Assembly: GCA_963754945.1 (NCBI GenBank)
Contig: CAVWIG010000015.1
Coordinates: forward strand, 32,001-96,000
Source of the DNA: Methanotrichaceae archaeon
GTDB lineage: Archaea > Halobacteriota > Methanosarcinia > Methanotrichales > Methanotrichaceae
Reading direction: 5' to 3'
Length of the DNA: 64,000 nt
In this document: positions 30,760-41,946 of the stretch, in pieces
Position numbering within the stretch: position 1 is the stretch's first letter
Layout: every line of letters begins with the position of its first letter
Notes under the pieces: model-generated
Seen by the model: the letters and a program-made list of their open reading frames with translations, nothing else
What the model was told of the DNA's origin: nothing
Databases searched by the model: none
Program-made: the position numbers and the translations under genes

Positions 30760-31626
30760 TCAGTTCGGTGTGAGTGCACCGATCAGATCTGCTGGGGTGA
30801 TTATTCCCCAAGGAACTCCCGAATCTAAGACTACGAGCTGGCTCGACCCACTCCTTCCCAGAACCTTGACAGCTTCGAAGATTAGTTCCTTCGAATCTAT
30901 GGTCAAAAAGTCGTGAGTCATAATATCCCTGACCTTGAGATCGGCCCTGCCGTTCGCTACGGCTCGGGTTATGTCGGTCATGCTGACAAGACCAAGAGAG
31001 CTTTCATCGACCAGCGCCTCTCGGACTCCGTCATGAATCAACGTCATGGCTGCCATTTGAATGGTGACATTAGGATCAATATGAACAGCCCGCTGCGCTA
31101 TCTTCTTGACTGGAATTCTCGGCACTGAAATGATCTCTTTAACGTGAAAAATGAGTCGGGACATGGTGTCGTCCCTTCCTTCGACATCTCCTCGGATGTA
31201 AAGCTTGTTCACTGGGGTAGGTCCGATTCGGATTTCGTCTCCGACGTTGAAGTCCTTCACATTGCCCAATATGCGTACTGTTCCCCCACACTCGTGGGAC
31301 GACATTACCTTATTGAAGACAATCTCGCTCACAGTTACCCCATCGACCACAACTCCGTTCTTAACGATGGGAACAACAACCACGTCGCCAGCGGTGTCCA
31401 GACTGAGGGCTTCGTATGCGGAACCAGTAGCCTTGTATCCACCTTTGGGCCCTGGCACGCCTTCGACTAGGTTCAATGCCCTCAGGGATTGCATCTGGTT
31501 CCTGACAGTGCCTGGGTTGCGGTCAATGAGACCTGCAATCTCCTCGCCCTTGACAGCTCGATCCTCCTTACGATAAATGTTTATTAGGGCGGTCAAGATA
31601 TCTCTTTGAACAGGAGTTAATTCCAT
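30760..31626 (-). CDS. HrcA-like HTH plus CBS-domain protein (predicted archaeal regulator)
   Basis: LTPVQRDIL...KGEEIA...RNPGTVRNQMQSL...PGPKGGY; GPTP; C-terminal CBS pair. Confidence 0.85.
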   Translation of the reverse strand: MELTPVQRDILTALINIYRKEDRAVKGEEIAGLIDRNPGTVRNQMQSLRALNLVEGVPGPKGGYKATGSAYEALSLDTAGDVVVVPIVKNGVVVDGVTVSEIVFNKVMSSHECGGTVRILGNVKDFNVGDEIRIGPTPVNKLYIRGDVEGRDDTMSRLIFHVKEIISVPRIPVKKIAQRAVHIDPNVTIQMAAMTLIHDGVREALVDESSLGLVSMTDITRAVANGRADLKVRDIMTHDFLTIDSKELIFEAVKVLGRSGSSQLVVLDSGVPWGIITPADLIGALTPN

Positions 31627-31870
31627 TGTTGATCGGCATTAATCATGACTAATGGAATATATAGGTTTGTTGATCTACGGTTCAAACCACGATATTAGAA
31701 TAAAAAATAACACTCGTTGGTCAAGGCATAAAGTTAACTAACCGATGCACTATTAGAGATGCTAAGTTTATGGCCTGACCGAACGTCGACGTGAGCACTA
31801 TACGGAACATGGCCTGCTCACTGGACAACCATGGCCAGAAGTGCACACTCATTCGATAGCTGGAGGATTC

Positions 31871-32308
31871 ATGATGAAGAGATTCGATAAACTACTCGAG
31901 CAGGAAGTCTCAGGCTATAAGGGCAAGCACAGCGAGATCATAATTAAGGCTCCTGCTCTTTACAAGTTGATGACCCGATTGCTGGACGATCCAGCCCTTC
32001 CAGGTCATCTGTCGCCTCTTGTGATTGCCTCAATAGCTTACTTCATCCTGCCCGAGGACGCCATACCAGAGGAGAAATACGGTCCCCTGGGCTTCGTTGA
32101 TGATATTTTCCTTTGTGCCTTTGTAGCTGACAAGGTACGGAAAGAAGCAGGCACCGATGACATCCTGATAAGGAATTGGGACGATAAAACACCCGTTGTT
32201 CCTCTGATACAGCAGATTCTGGAACACGAGGAAGAACTCATAGGCGACAAGAAGCAAGTCATAATGGACTATATTGGATACGAGCAGTTGGGGACAACAG
32301 TGGACTGA
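31871..32308 (+). CDS. YkvA/DUF1232 family protein
   Basis: AYFILPEDAIPE...GPLGFVDD; GGAGG SD. Confidence 0.8.
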   Translation: MMKRFDKLLEQEVSGYKGKHSEIIIKAPALYKLMTRLLDDPALPGHLSPLVIASIAYFILPEDAIPEEKYGPLGFVDDIFLCAFVADKVRKEAGTDDILIRNWDDKTPVVPLIQQILEHEEELIGDKKQVIMDYIGYEQLGTTVD

Positions 32309-32650
32309 AGTCCAGCTTAATGGTGCTGATGTGCATTAGGCTTAGTCGTTCTCACGAGACAGACGGGGGCTCTTCTCTTTAAGTCCGACGCCAGGGAGAA
32401 TGCACCAGAGCTGTAAAATCCTCTATTGCCAAAGCGCGCAGCTCCGTGGTCCTTTCGCTTAATGGTCAACTATCAAGGGCATCGGGTCGCCACAGCATAG
32501 TTCGGTCCTGTCTCGAGCCATCGGCTTCGCGACTCGCTTAAGCATAAGCCTCGCGGAGCTTAGGTAGTCGGGCTGGTCGTCGATTTCTTAAGACTTAAGC
32601 GACCAAAACGGCAATCTAGCCCTGGTTCCTTCAAGGCGTTACTCTTGGAT

Positions 32651-33004
32651 TCAAACACGTTTAAATTTCTGAAGATGTCTTTGTACCGCAACCGGCCTCT
32701 CAACTCCATACGGAATCCTAGTTTGTTTGCCGCATATCAGACAAGTGGCGATGATGGCACCACGGCACAATCTCACCCTCCTTTCGGAAGCTGGGAGATA
32801 GCTGCCACAGTGCTTGCATAACATCCTTTTCATTTGAGAAGACATCCTTATCCGTATACGAGTGCCGATCATCCTTGCGATTTGGACGTACCTGTCTGAT
32901 CTCTCCGGGTGGATGGGCAACTCCTGGGAGGCCAGCTCAAAGAGGATCTCCATGCGCTGTCGGGCAATGTCCCTGGCCTTGGCCGCATTGTTCTTGCGTC
33001 TCAC
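32651..33004 (-). CDS. rnp4: Ribonuclease P protein component 4 (Rpp21)
   Basis: IARQRMEILF...RYV.IA...KR..CKHC...RVRL...TCLICG...RIP; GTG start inferred. Confidence 0.85.
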   Translation of the reverse strand: MRRKNNAAKARDIARQRMEILFELASQELPIHPERSDRYVQIARMIGTRIRIRMSSQMKRMLCKHCGSYLPASERRVRLCRGAIIATCLICGKQTRIPYGVERPVAVQRHLQKFKRV

Positions 33005-33084
33005 TTTTAAGACTCGTGAGTAAGGGATATAAAACCTATTGCACCTAAAACCTATTGTAGCCGAAGATCGAAAGTATCTCTCAG

Positions 33085-33345
33085 ATGCCGTCCCAAACTG
33101 CACCCTTCAGGATGACTCCGGAGATGGAAGATTACATTCGATCCAAGTCAACCGACCTACGAATTTGCACCACCTGCGAAGGCCCAATGCTATTCTCGGT
33201 CAAGATCGCGTCGCCAAAGGCCACAGACTATGTTCAGGAGGTTGGCGAAAGAAAGCTGTACATCTCGGCTGTCCAGGCCCCCTGTATCAAGGTCATAGAT
33301 TCTAGAATGCTGCCAAAGTGTGCACTGGTGAATAGGCGCAAATAG
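33085..33345 (+). CDS. Small conserved-looking hypothetical protein (ICTTCEGP)
   Basis: ORF divergent from rnp4 with a TATA-like tataaaa upstream; CxxC motif. Confidence 0.55.
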   Translation: MPSQTAPFRMTPEMEDYIRSKSTDLRICTTCEGPMLFSVKIASPKATDYVQEVGERKLYISAVQAPCIKVIDSRMLPKCALVNRRK

Positions 33346-33414
33346 TCTAGCTGCTCGTCGGCAGGTGTTCGGTACCCCTAGTGTACAGTCCCGAACCTCA
33401 TGCGGATTCGTGGT

Positions 33415-34632
33415 CTAAATTCCCAGATCGTTGATCTCCTCAATGAGGCCGGTGAAAGCCTCAATCTCCCTATCCAGGACCTGCCGAGTAGTCAGGCATA
33501 TGCTTCGTTCCGATTCCACGGTGAGATTGTCCGGTCCCCTGAAGATCAACCTGTTCTTGCCGTCGCGCCTCAAGGCGTTACGAATTTCTTTGTCGTGGGC
33601 AAGGACCGACCCAGGGATTATGACCCGTTCCTTCACCTCATCGGTTTCCAGGCCTGCAAAGTCATCCAGGGTGATGAGGTTGCCGATCTCCTTATTAACG
33701 CTCACAACGTTCACGTTGTCTCCCAGCTCTTGAAATATTGAGGACAAAAGCGGATAGGCAACTGAGCTGGTGATGATGGTGGCGCTCTTTTCAATTGAAG
33801 GAAGCTTCTTAAGCTCCTCCTTGTGGTGAGCAATGGCAAAAGGTGCCCCCGTGTTGGGATCCCAAAGAGGAGTCCCTGCGATCTTCATATCGCACAACTC
33901 ATTGATCTCGGTCGCCATTCTCCCGATCTCCTCTACTGTGTGAGGAACTATGCCAGGCATTATAGGACCGTTTCCGAAGATAAGACCTTGCTCTCTGGTG
34001 TTGGCAAAAGTCATCAGGACGAGACCCTTTGCTCCCATATCTTCCAGGTCCCGGCAAGTCCTCTCCAGCTCAGGACCGTCGTTTACTCCAGGCACGAGAA
34101 CTGCCATGGCATATACATCGCAGTTCTCGCAGAAGGTCCGGAGGTTGGACTCGAATGCCTCTGGGTGTTTATCGTTCACGAATTTGCGGCGGAGTTCGGG
34201 GTTCGTGGAGAATACAGAGAAGCTAACCTTTCCGACTCCCGCTTCGATAAGGGCATCGGCCTCGTTTCCTCTGGAAAAGCCCTTTCCGCTGGTGTACTCC
34301 AGGAAGACGGGAATCTCACCGCCACTGATGACTCTTACTAATTTAAGCAGGTCAGGATAGCAGCTCAAATCGCCATTTCCTTTGATGGTTATCCCATCCG
34401 CCCTCGTGCCCGAGGTCTTCTGGGCCACCTCGAAGACGAGCTGATCGAAGGGCTTAAAGCCCGGTTCGATCTCTAGAACCATTCTGGAGCAGTAGTCGCA
34501 TCCTCTCCTTAAAGGGCTACAATGTTTGCATCCAAACGGCTCAACTTTCTCGGCTCCTTTGAAGTAGCAGAAGCTGCAGAACCCCCCGCAATCGAATCCA
34601 GGCCTACCTCCTATGTCAACTGTAACATCCAT
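33415..34632 (-). CDS. mmp10: Methanogenesis marker protein 10, radical-SAM MCR arginine methyltransferase family
   Basis: GRPGFDCGGFCSFCYF, PFGCKHC...GCDYC, GDLSCYP, YTSGKG, PGVNDG, RGPD.LT. Confidence 0.88.
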   Translation of the reverse strand: MDVTVDIGGRPGFDCGGFCSFCYFKGAEKVEPFGCKHCSPLRRGCDYCSRMVLEIEPGFKPFDQLVFEVAQKTSGTRADGITIKGNGDLSCYPDLLKLVRVISGGEIPVFLEYTSGKGFSRGNEADALIEAGVGKVSFSVFSTNPELRRKFVNDKHPEAFESNLRTFCENCDVYAMAVLVPGVNDGPELERTCRDLEDMGAKGLVLMTFANTREQGLIFGNGPIMPGIVPHTVEEIGRMATEINELCDMKIAGTPLWDPNTGAPFAIAHHKEELKKLPSIEKSATIITSSVAYPLLSSIFQELGDNVNVVSVNKEIGNLITLDDFAGLETDEVKERVIIPGSVLAHDKEIRNALRRDGKNRLIFRGPDNLTVESERSICLTTRQVLDREIEAFTGLIEEINDLGI

Positions 34633-34906
34633 TGGTTATAGAATGAGTTATAGTACGAGATAAGTGTTACGTATTTAAAATACTTATCAATAATCCTTGG
34701 TATTGTGGCAATAGAGCCACTGCTTAATTTCCAGTTCCTTGCCATCCTGTGCCGGGCTCATCCATTATCTCAGGCATCCGTTATCTTCAAAACTTTTGTA
34801 GCCAGGCCACGAGATCTCAATTCAGCCAACTATACCACGTCTTTATATGTAAGATAGATATCGAATATATGCAGAGCGAAATTTGAAAACCTTATGAGGC
34901 TATCGA

Positions 34907-35392
34907 ATGAAGATTGTAATCATAATGATTTTACTTCTTGCCTCCTGCCTGGTAGCCTCCGCCGGGCCTGTTGCTGTTGGCGGCGACTTCGGCAGGACAT
35001 GGATAAACAATTTCCAGGCTCAGAATCACAAGCCAGTAGAGCAGAACAACTCCACCAACCTCACGAGCTGGGGAGGAGTGCCCAAAGGCAAAGCATTGGT
35101 AAACGGCAACTTGGTGGATCAGCAAAATGCAACAAACCCGCTAAATCCCAGTGCTAGCTGGCTTGGGGATACCACAACCTCAGGAAACCCAAGTTCCCAG
35201 ACGAACGGGACCTTTAACGGATCCTTGCAGGCACCTCAATTCTTCAATAAAGGAACTATCAAGCCCATTCACAATATAGATGCCACCTGGAATAAGACAC
35301 TACAGGAGCCTCAACCGGATGCAAATGGGCTAATACACGGATGGGATGCAGAGACGTACGATGCTATTGGACCGGCACTTGATTATCTCTAG
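34907..35392 (+). CDS. Secreted hypothetical protein
   Basis: Signal peptide MKIVIIMILLLASCLVASA; GGDFGRTW, WGGVPKG. Confidence 0.7.
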   Translation: MKIVIIMILLLASCLVASAGPVAVGGDFGRTWINNFQAQNHKPVEQNNSTNLTSWGGVPKGKALVNGNLVDQQNATNPLNPSASWLGDTTTSGNPSSQTNGTFNGSLQAPQFFNKGTIKPIHNIDATWNKTLQEPQPDANGLIHGWDAETYDAIGPALDYL

Positions 35393-35638
35393 GGCGAGAT
35401 GTAATGTAGTTGAGATAATTGGGATAAATTCAGCGGAGATTGGAGATAAAGTCGCCAGTGTTATTTGCTTTTTAACATATCTCAGTTGAGACTAGCGATC
35501 GATCCTCAGGTTAAGCTGATTATGGCGAGAATCCCCAGACTCATTAAGAAGCTGAGGTAGACTCACTGGAATTTTAATTGCAGGGAAGACGATAACCTGA
35601 AGTTAGTATTAAATACTTAGACTTGCTAGATATGAGCA

Positions 35639-36136
35639 ATGATTGATTTCAAGACAAGGCTCGAAGATGCTAGGACCTTGGCGGATGTCTTCGAGGTGGT
35701 CAAAGCAGTGGTGCTGAAAAGCATGAGGAAAAGCAGAGGCGGACTGATGCTGGGCATGGCCGACCTAGGCAACCATCCGCAGGCATTCTTAGGTGGCTTT
35801 TTCACCACGGGTTCCAATGTGATAGTAATGAACAAGAATCCTCTACAAAGGATAAAAGAAACAAAGCCTGAGCTGTACAAGCCTTATGCTTTTCATGTTC
35901 TGCTTCATGAGTACATCCATTCTCTGGGATACCTCGACGAGAACAAAGTCAAATCGTTTGCTTATCAGATGACCAGGGATGCTCTAGGTGAAGATCATCT
36001 AGCCACGCAAATAGCAGCGAACGCTGAAGTGTTTATGAAACACCTAGTTTACCCGGACCGTGCCTGGAAGCCGGACGATGAGGGAATCGAACTGGTCGAT
36101 AATTTCGATAGATCCAGCGTCTCCTACATCGCTTAA
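35639..36136 (+). CDS. Hypothetical zincin-like protein
   Basis: LLHEYIHSLG HExxH motif. Confidence 0.7.
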   Translation: MIDFKTRLEDARTLADVFEVVKAVVLKSMRKSRGGLMLGMADLGNHPQAFLGGFFTTGSNVIVMNKNPLQRIKETKPELYKPYAFHVLLHEYIHSLGYLDENKVKSFAYQMTRDALGEDHLATQIAANAEVFMKHLVYPDRAWKPDDEGIELVDNFDRSSVSYIA

Positions 36137-36291
36137 ACTATGTAGAAGCTTAATGCTAGATAATTGATGCATCTCCCGCTTCTATAATTTTAAATCCTTA
36201 ATTGAGTGTGGGTGAGCTTTCAGTCACGCTTGTTGACACATCGCTGGGCGAGCTAGATAAGCAATGGCGCAGACAAAGAGGATTTCGGGAA

Positions 36292-36732
36292 TTATTTCCC
36301 GATCTCCGACGTGCAGTGCGGACAGCGCACGGCTGCCAGAGATATGTTCTCCTTGCAGTAGGGGCACTCCTTCGTATTCGGTGCTAGAGGCATCGGTTTG
36401 CTCCTCATGGCGTTGACTTTTCTGACGATGAGGAAGACAACGAAAGCGACGATCAGGAAGCTTATGACAGTGTTTATGAAGGTTCCATAGTTTATGGTTG
36501 GGGCACCCGCTGCCTGTGCCGCGGCCAGAGTATCGTAGTGGACCCTGTTCAAAGAGACGAAAAGGTTTGCAAAGTCCACTTTTCCCAGAACGAGGCCGAT
36601 TGGTGGCATAACTACGTCCTTTACGAGGGAATTGACCACACTGCCGAAAGCTGCACCAATAATGATGCCGATCGCCATGTCCAGGACATTGCCTTTCATG
36701 GCGAACTCCTTAAACTCGCCTACGAACCCCAT
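36292..36732 (-). CDS. mscL: Large-conductance mechanosensitive channel with C-terminal zinc ribbon
   Basis: [24 protein letters not shown]; YGTFI; CPYC...RCPHC. Confidence 0.93.
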   Translation of the reverse strand: MGFVGEFKEFAMKGNVLDMAIGIIIGAAFGSVVNSLVKDVVMPPIGLVLGKVDFANLFVSLNRVHYDTLAAAQAAGAPTINYGTFINTVISFLIVAFVVFLIVRKVNAMRSKPMPLAPNTKECPYCKENISLAAVRCPHCTSEIGK

Positions 36733-37012
36733 TCTCTTCCCTGCCCGATTCTGCACAAATCTTTTTCCATGTTTGTGATGATGATATAAATTACTTTTGA
36801 TTCTGATCGCGATCTGGACGGTAGTCAAAACTGCGCACCCCGCGACTGGATGCGTAGTAATCAAAATAATCAATCGCTGACTAATAGACCGAAAATACTC
36901 GTGCTGAGTATTCAAGGATAGACCTTCTTTAACATATCCTCGATTAACCACAATAAATTTATTCTTAAACAGTAAGCATATTAATAGGTTAGATCGTTAA
37001 CTGGAGGATTTG

Positions 37013-38377
37013 ATGAAGGACTGCAACGAAATCGATGAGGCAGATAGCATGGTGACCCTGGAGCCGGACGGCTTTCATGATCCTCAGGGTCGGTTGATAT
37101 ACTTCAGAGGGGTTAATATCGCTGCCAACTCCAAAAATCCACCGTTCATTCCCTTTGAAGACGTTCGTTGGTGGGACCTTTTGGCCTCCTGGGGTTTCAA
37201 TATGGTTCGGCTCACCCTTTTCTGGGAAGCCATCGAGCCACAGCCCGGAATCTACGACCGGTCCTATCTGGACAAGATTGAGCAAATGGTGGATCAAGCA
37301 TCTGTGCGAGGCATGTATACACTATTAGATATGCACCAGGATCTTTACAGTCGCTGGCTTCACGGGGACGGAGCTCCCGCCTGGGCGTTTCCAGCGGATG
37401 TAAATCCAGAGAACAACGACGGTTTCGGGGGAAGATTCTGGGGTTGCGCCTACACGCTGTCCAGAGACGTTAGAGCATGTTTTACCAACTTCTTCGAATC
37501 CAGCCAACTAAGAGAGCATTACAGGAATGCCTGGGCAGAAGTGGCGAAGAGGGTCAAGGATAACCCTTACGTCCTGGGTTACGATATCATGAACGAGCCT
37601 TCCTGCGGCAACATACAGAATTACGATGGTCACTTCGAGAACAATTTCCTTAAACCGTTGTACGAAGAAACGATCGCTGCCATCAGACAGGTGCATCCCG
37701 AGGCTGTAGGTTTCGTAGAGCCGCACATCCTGGACATGTACACTTCAAGGCTTACGCCTTTTGACGTGGACCGACTGGTTTATGCCCCTCATCTGTACAA
37801 TTTCGTTTCCAATACATTGAGGTTCGATCCCCTTCCAGAGGATGTCTCCTTCAGCATTCTTCTGTTGATTCACCAGGAAAAGGCAAAGTATCTACGCATG
37901 CCCCTGTTCGTAGGAGAGTTCGGGTCGCCGTGGAGGATGCAGCCTTTTTATGCCAGGGATATGGCGGTGAACGATGCCCTGGTGGAGCTGGAAAAGAACT
38001 TTGTAAGCAACGCTTATTGGGATTATAGCGTAAAGGATGTTGACGCGTGGAATGAAGAAGATTACTCCTTGATCGACAAGGTTGGCAGTCCACGTGGCCT
38101 TGGAGTGAACGTGCGTCCATACGTCCGAAACTTGAGAGGTTTTCCCCTACACCAGAGCTTCGATCGAACGACCAGGATTTATTCACTCCGCTTCAAAAGC
38201 GAACCCGGAGTGCCTCCAACTATGATTTACGTTCCGGAAAACCTCCAATATCCGAACGGCTTCCAGGTATGCGCATCTGATGGGTACTGGGAATTCCATA
38301 GAGACGGAGATTCAGGTGTGCTTCTCTACTACCCCAGCTTCGACTGCTATCATAATATCACCATTGAGCCAAACTGA
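37013..38377 (+). CDS. GH5 glycoside hydrolase, endoglycoceramidase-like, with C-terminal beta-sandwich
   Basis: RGVN, WEAIEP..G.YD, DMHQD, GAPAW, NEP (acid/base), APHLY, GEFG (nucleophile), RPY. Confidence 0.85.
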   Translation: MKDCNEIDEADSMVTLEPDGFHDPQGRLIYFRGVNIAANSKNPPFIPFEDVRWWDLLASWGFNMVRLTLFWEAIEPQPGIYDRSYLDKIEQMVDQASVRGMYTLLDMHQDLYSRWLHGDGAPAWAFPADVNPENNDGFGGRFWGCAYTLSRDVRACFTNFFESSQLREHYRNAWAEVAKRVKDNPYVLGYDIMNEPSCGNIQNYDGHFENNFLKPLYEETIAAIRQVHPEAVGFVEPHILDMYTSRLTPFDVDRLVYAPHLYNFVSNTLRFDPLPEDVSFSILLLIHQEKAKYLRMPLFVGEFGSPWRMQPFYARDMAVNDALVELEKNFVSNAYWDYSVKDVDAWNEEDYSLIDKVGSPRGLGVNVRPYVRNLRGFPLHQSFDRTTRIYSLRFKSEPGVPPTMIYVPENLQYPNGFQVCASDGYWEFHRDGDSGVLLYYPSFDCYHNITIEPN

Positions 38378-38533
38378 AATGCTGAAGGATTGGATTAGAC
38401 CTAGCCAAAGATTTCGCATACCCTTTCTCAGTTGGACCGATCTTCATATCTGTATTCGTATCAGTAATCCAGCCGACAAATTATTTATCGATTGAATAGC
38501 ATCTTGATATGATCGAAAGTTGGTGAATCTTTC

Positions 38534-38809
38534 ATGAATTTTGAACATGTCGCCGGCAAGGACAAAGGCAAAGTCACTTTGTATGCACTGAGCACCTGCA
38601 TCTGGTGCAAAAAGACCAAAGAGCTCCTATCTAGCTTGGAAGTTAGTTTTGACTACATTTACGTCGATCTCCTGGGGGGCGATGACAGATCGAAGATAAT
38701 TGATAAAGTCAAACAATACAATCCTAGCTGCTCTTTTCCCACTCTGGTCATAGGTGATAAGTGCATCGTGGGCTTCCGTGAAAAGGAGATCAGAGAGGCC
38801 CTGAAATGA
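38534..38809 (+). CDS. Glutaredoxin-like protein (methanoredoxin type)
   Basis: [18 protein letters not shown]; coupled to the FDR gene. Confidence 0.85.
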   Translation: MNFEHVAGKDKGKVTLYALSTCIWCKKTKELLSSLEVSFDYIYVDLLGGDDRSKIIDKVKQYNPSCSFPTLVIGDKCIVGFREKEIREALK

Positions 38810-39309
38810 GGGATTACCGTGAACCTACAGACGATGAGGTAGAAGCTCTCTACTCCAGCCTGCGAAAAGATACCAAGCAGGCCGGTTACAATCTTAACCC
38901 GGATGTCCAGTTCACCAAGGACCTGATAAAGGGCATCCTGATCAACCGACAGAGATACGGCTATGACTGCTGCCCGTGCAGGCTGGCAGCCGATGACAAG
39001 GAAGTGGATCTGGACATCATCTGTCCGTGCTATTACAGGGATCCAGACCTGGCAGAGTTCGGAGCATGCTACTGCGCCCTCTATGTCTCAGGAGTTGTCC
39101 TAAAAGGAGAGAAGAAGCTAGAGCCGGTGCCGGAGAGAAGGTCTGCACCTGAGGCGAGGATGAAGATAGCGGTCGCCAGGCAGCCATCGAGCCTTTCTGT
39201 TCCTGTCTGGAGGTGCCTGGTCTGCGGCTACCTGTGTGGTCGTGAGGTGCCTCCTGAGGTCTGCCCCATTTGTAAGGCCAGAAAGGAGAGGTTTGAGAGA
39301 TTCATGTAG
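38806..39309 (+). CDS. Ferredoxin:disulfide reductase (FTR catalytic domain plus rubredoxin)
   Basis: CPCR, ICPC, CYC motifs; WRCLVCGY...CPIC. Confidence 0.9.
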   Translation: MRDYREPTDDEVEALYSSLRKDTKQAGYNLNPDVQFTKDLIKGILINRQRYGYDCCPCRLAADDKEVDLDIICPCYYRDPDLAEFGACYCALYVSGVVLKGEKKLEPVPERRSAPEARMKIAVARQPSSLSVPVWRCLVCGYLCGREVPPEVCPICKARKERFERFM

Positions 39310-39474
39310 CCTCTCCCGTGACATTTTTCTACTTTCGGAGTAGCATGTCCGATCTGGCGCTGGAAAACGGTCGTGGCATCGAGTTCGACCGTTCGGGCAA
39401 CATGTTGCCCGACTAAAGGATTTTATACCTTCGGCAAATATAGTTAATCGAGTTGAAATGAGGAAGTGAAAGAT

Positions 39475-39657
39475 ATGGCAGTAGATCCTGTATGCAAGAT
39501 GAATGTAGATGAGAAGACGGCCAAGTTGACGAGTGAGTACAAAGACAAGAAATACTACTTCTGTGCGCCAGGCTGCAAGAAGGCCTTTGACGAGACGCCG
39601 GAGAAGTACCTGGGCAGCCAGCAGAAGAAAGCGGGCTGTGGGTGTGGGTGCAGATAA
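39475..39657 (+). CDS. YHS-domain protein
   Basis: DPVCKM...YYFCAPGC...F...PEKY; C-terminal GCGCGC. Confidence 0.85.
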   Translation: MAVDPVCKMNVDEKTAKLTSEYKDKKYYFCAPGCKKAFDETPEKYLGSQQKKAGCGCGCR

Positions 39658-39678
39658 ATATATTGCATGTAAATATTA

Positions 39679-41088
39679 CTGTACTTTCCAAGTTTCTCCT
39701 TTATTTATATTTTCTAAATTATATCAAATTATATTTTCAATCCCATGCTTCTGAGTATATAAAGCAATCCGCCTTCCGGTACGGGTATATTAAAATACAT
39801 CAGCACATATTCAAATGTTTCACCTAATGCTTGCATTTTTACTAGGTCGATCATGTCGCCCATAGTTCTTGGATTTGAACCGTCCCCAGATGGCGGATTG
39901 TCTATTTCCCATAAGAGAATCGCAGTCCATACTGAGAAGACTAGCTGAATAAATCTTTCAATTGATTGTTTTTCTCTTAATTGGTAATCTTTGAATCCTA
40001 ATTTTTGATTTGTCTCTCTGTGGGCCGTCTCGATATCCCATCTATCCTCGTAAATTGAGAGTATTTCTTTCGACGAAAGCGATTCATTAGTGCTTATAAA
40101 ATATTTTGTAGTGCTCTCCTTTTTTCTCTTTGAGACTACAAGTTTAACTTCGCCTACCTTGTCTATGACTACCTTCTTTTCAAATGCATAGTAGGTCTTC
40201 TTTTTGCCCCGAACACTAATAGTTGTCTTAATAAAATACTTATCCTCAATTTGGTTTGCTAAGTCTCTAACCTGAAAACACATGTCCTTATTTATCCTGA
40301 TTTTCTTATCAGATTTGATTTGGCAGACTATATTATGCCCTAATTTGAGACACTTGTTAAAGAGATCAGAAGAAAACCACCAGCTATCGAAAACGATATA
40401 AAGGTCCATGCTTTTTGGTACTTCTAATGGTTCAATGATCTCGTCCAAGGCAATCTCCATTTTTGTTCTAAAATTCTCATTTTCGTCATCATTCTTGATA
40501 TACATCTTAGCTTTATGTGGTATGAATAATCCTTTGGATTGGATAACAGAGGTAACAAAATTGTTACCCCAAATGTAGGTTTCTTTACTATGATCATAAA
40601 ATTTTCCTACACCTTCCGTTTGAGTTCCTTCCTTCTCATTGTATGTGTCATCAATTATTAACAACATTCTATCATTTTCTTTTAAACATAATTTCTCAAT
40701 AAAAAGGTCCACTTTGCGTTGAGCAACTTCATCCTCGTCCCAATTCGCATCGCTAAAGAACCAATTGTACGAAGAGCGTGCTTTTTTTCCTTTCCTACAT
40801 TCGGCCATAGTATCACAAAGGTTGGAAACGGTCTTGGATTTATCACACACGCTTAACGCTCCACACAAATCTCGAAACGATCCATAACTCGGTTTCGTAA
40901 AAAGATCCTGAAATTCATTCAAGAACGGCTCTAATTGCAATGGTACCTTTATTATTTTGATCATTCTACTCCCAAAAGAGAGAATTTGATCCTAGTATAA
41001 AACCCTTACTTTTTATTTTTTTTATTAAATTTATATTCTAATTTAATCTGATGATATTATAAATATACGAAAAAGTTGGAAAGTACAG
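39679..41088 (-). mobile_element. IS701/ISH3-like element, low GC, no target duplication
   Basis: TIR ctgtactttccaa / ttggaaagtacag; the flanks differ. Confidence 0.85.
39729..40964 (-). CDS. IS701-family DDE transposase
   Basis: IIDDT, VFDSWW, YEDRWDIE..HR..NQ.LG. Confidence 0.88.
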   Translation of the reverse strand: MIKIIKVPLQLEPFLNEFQDLFTKPSYGSFRDLCGALSVCDKSKTVSNLCDTMAECRKGKKARSSYNWFFSDANWDEDEVAQRKVDLFIEKLCLKENDRMLLIIDDTYNEKEGTQTEGVGKFYDHSKETYIWGNNFVTSVIQSKGLFIPHKAKMYIKNDDENENFRTKMEIALDEIIEPLEVPKSMDLYIVFDSWWFSSDLFNKCLKLGHNIVCQIKSDKKIRINKDMCFQVRDLANQIEDKYFIKTTISVRGKKKTYYAFEKKVVIDKVGEVKLVVSKRKKESTTKYFISTNESLSSKEILSIYEDRWDIETAHRETNQKLGFKDYQLREKQSIERFIQLVFSVWTAILLWEIDNPPSGDGSNPRTMGDMIDLVKMQALGETFEYVLMYFNIPVPEGGLLYILRSMGLKI

Positions 41089-41776
41089 CACCTTTTACAC
41101 ATATCTGGTTGATGAAGAACTGATGTCTGTTAATCCAATTATTCCCTTCAAAAGGAGGTATCTGAGAAAATTTAAAGATGATAACGGTTCCGAAAGTAGG
41201 CAAATAATCAGCATAGAACAGGCATCTCTTTTGGTGAACTCGACCTTGAATAGTCGCGACAAGGCAATCCTCGTCCTTCTGTTCAAAACAGGAATTCGTC
41301 GGGGTGAGTTATGCAATCTTGATTTGGACGACTTAGATTGTTAGAATATGATGATTAATTTGAAGCTCACTGCAAAGAGGTCAAATCGATTGCTATACTT
41401 CGATAATGAAACGGATGAAGCCCTCCAAGCTTGGTTACATATAAGAGAGAAAAAATATTCATATGACATCGATGCGTTGTTCATTAGCAGCCAGGGATTG
41501 AGGATTAGCCCGGAAGAAGTTGATTATATTGTTAAAAAGCATGCAGCCAGAATAGGTCTACATGATCCCAACTCAAAGCGACTTGAAGATCGATTTACTC
41601 CGCACTGCTGTCGCCACTGGTTCACTACGCACTTGATAAGAGCTGGCATGCCAAGAGACTTTGTGAAAGAACTAAGGGGCGATGTCAGACACGAGGCCAT
41701 CGACATCTACAACCACATCGACAAGAAGGAGCTAAGAGAGAGCTATCTGGCACATATACCGCAATTGGGGATTTGA
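41089..41776 (+). pseudogene. Tyrosine recombinase/integrase, 5'-truncated by the IS, internal stop at 41342-41344
   Basis: RDKA...KTGIRRGEL...HCCRHWFTT...LRGD...IDIY (R-H-x-x-R-Y). Confidence 0.85.
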
Positions 41777-41946
41777 GCTCTATTTTAATATTTCCAAATT
41801 GGGTATGTTGCATTAGGGGTTGTTTAAAATGCTGTTGCAAGAGGGTAGGTTGTAATTTGAATAGTGACATATTCGTGTTACTGGTATTTCTCAACTGAAA
41901 ATAAATAATTAGAGTGATACTATTTAAGGAGGACTTGGTTTTTGAT

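Noticed and set aside
31715-31785. Imperfect inverted repeat between divergent genes
   Set aside because: Single copy with no TSD; cannot distinguish a MITE, an operator or chance
32310-32650. Hairpin-rich spacer next to rnp4 as RNase P or SRP RNA
   Set aside because: Lacks the GAGGAAAGUCC-type P4 motif and the SRP helix 8 motif; only a weak acagacgggggct resemblance
36790-36860. Two small hairpins between mscL and the GH5 gene as a riboswitch
   Set aside because: No recognisable aptamer consensus
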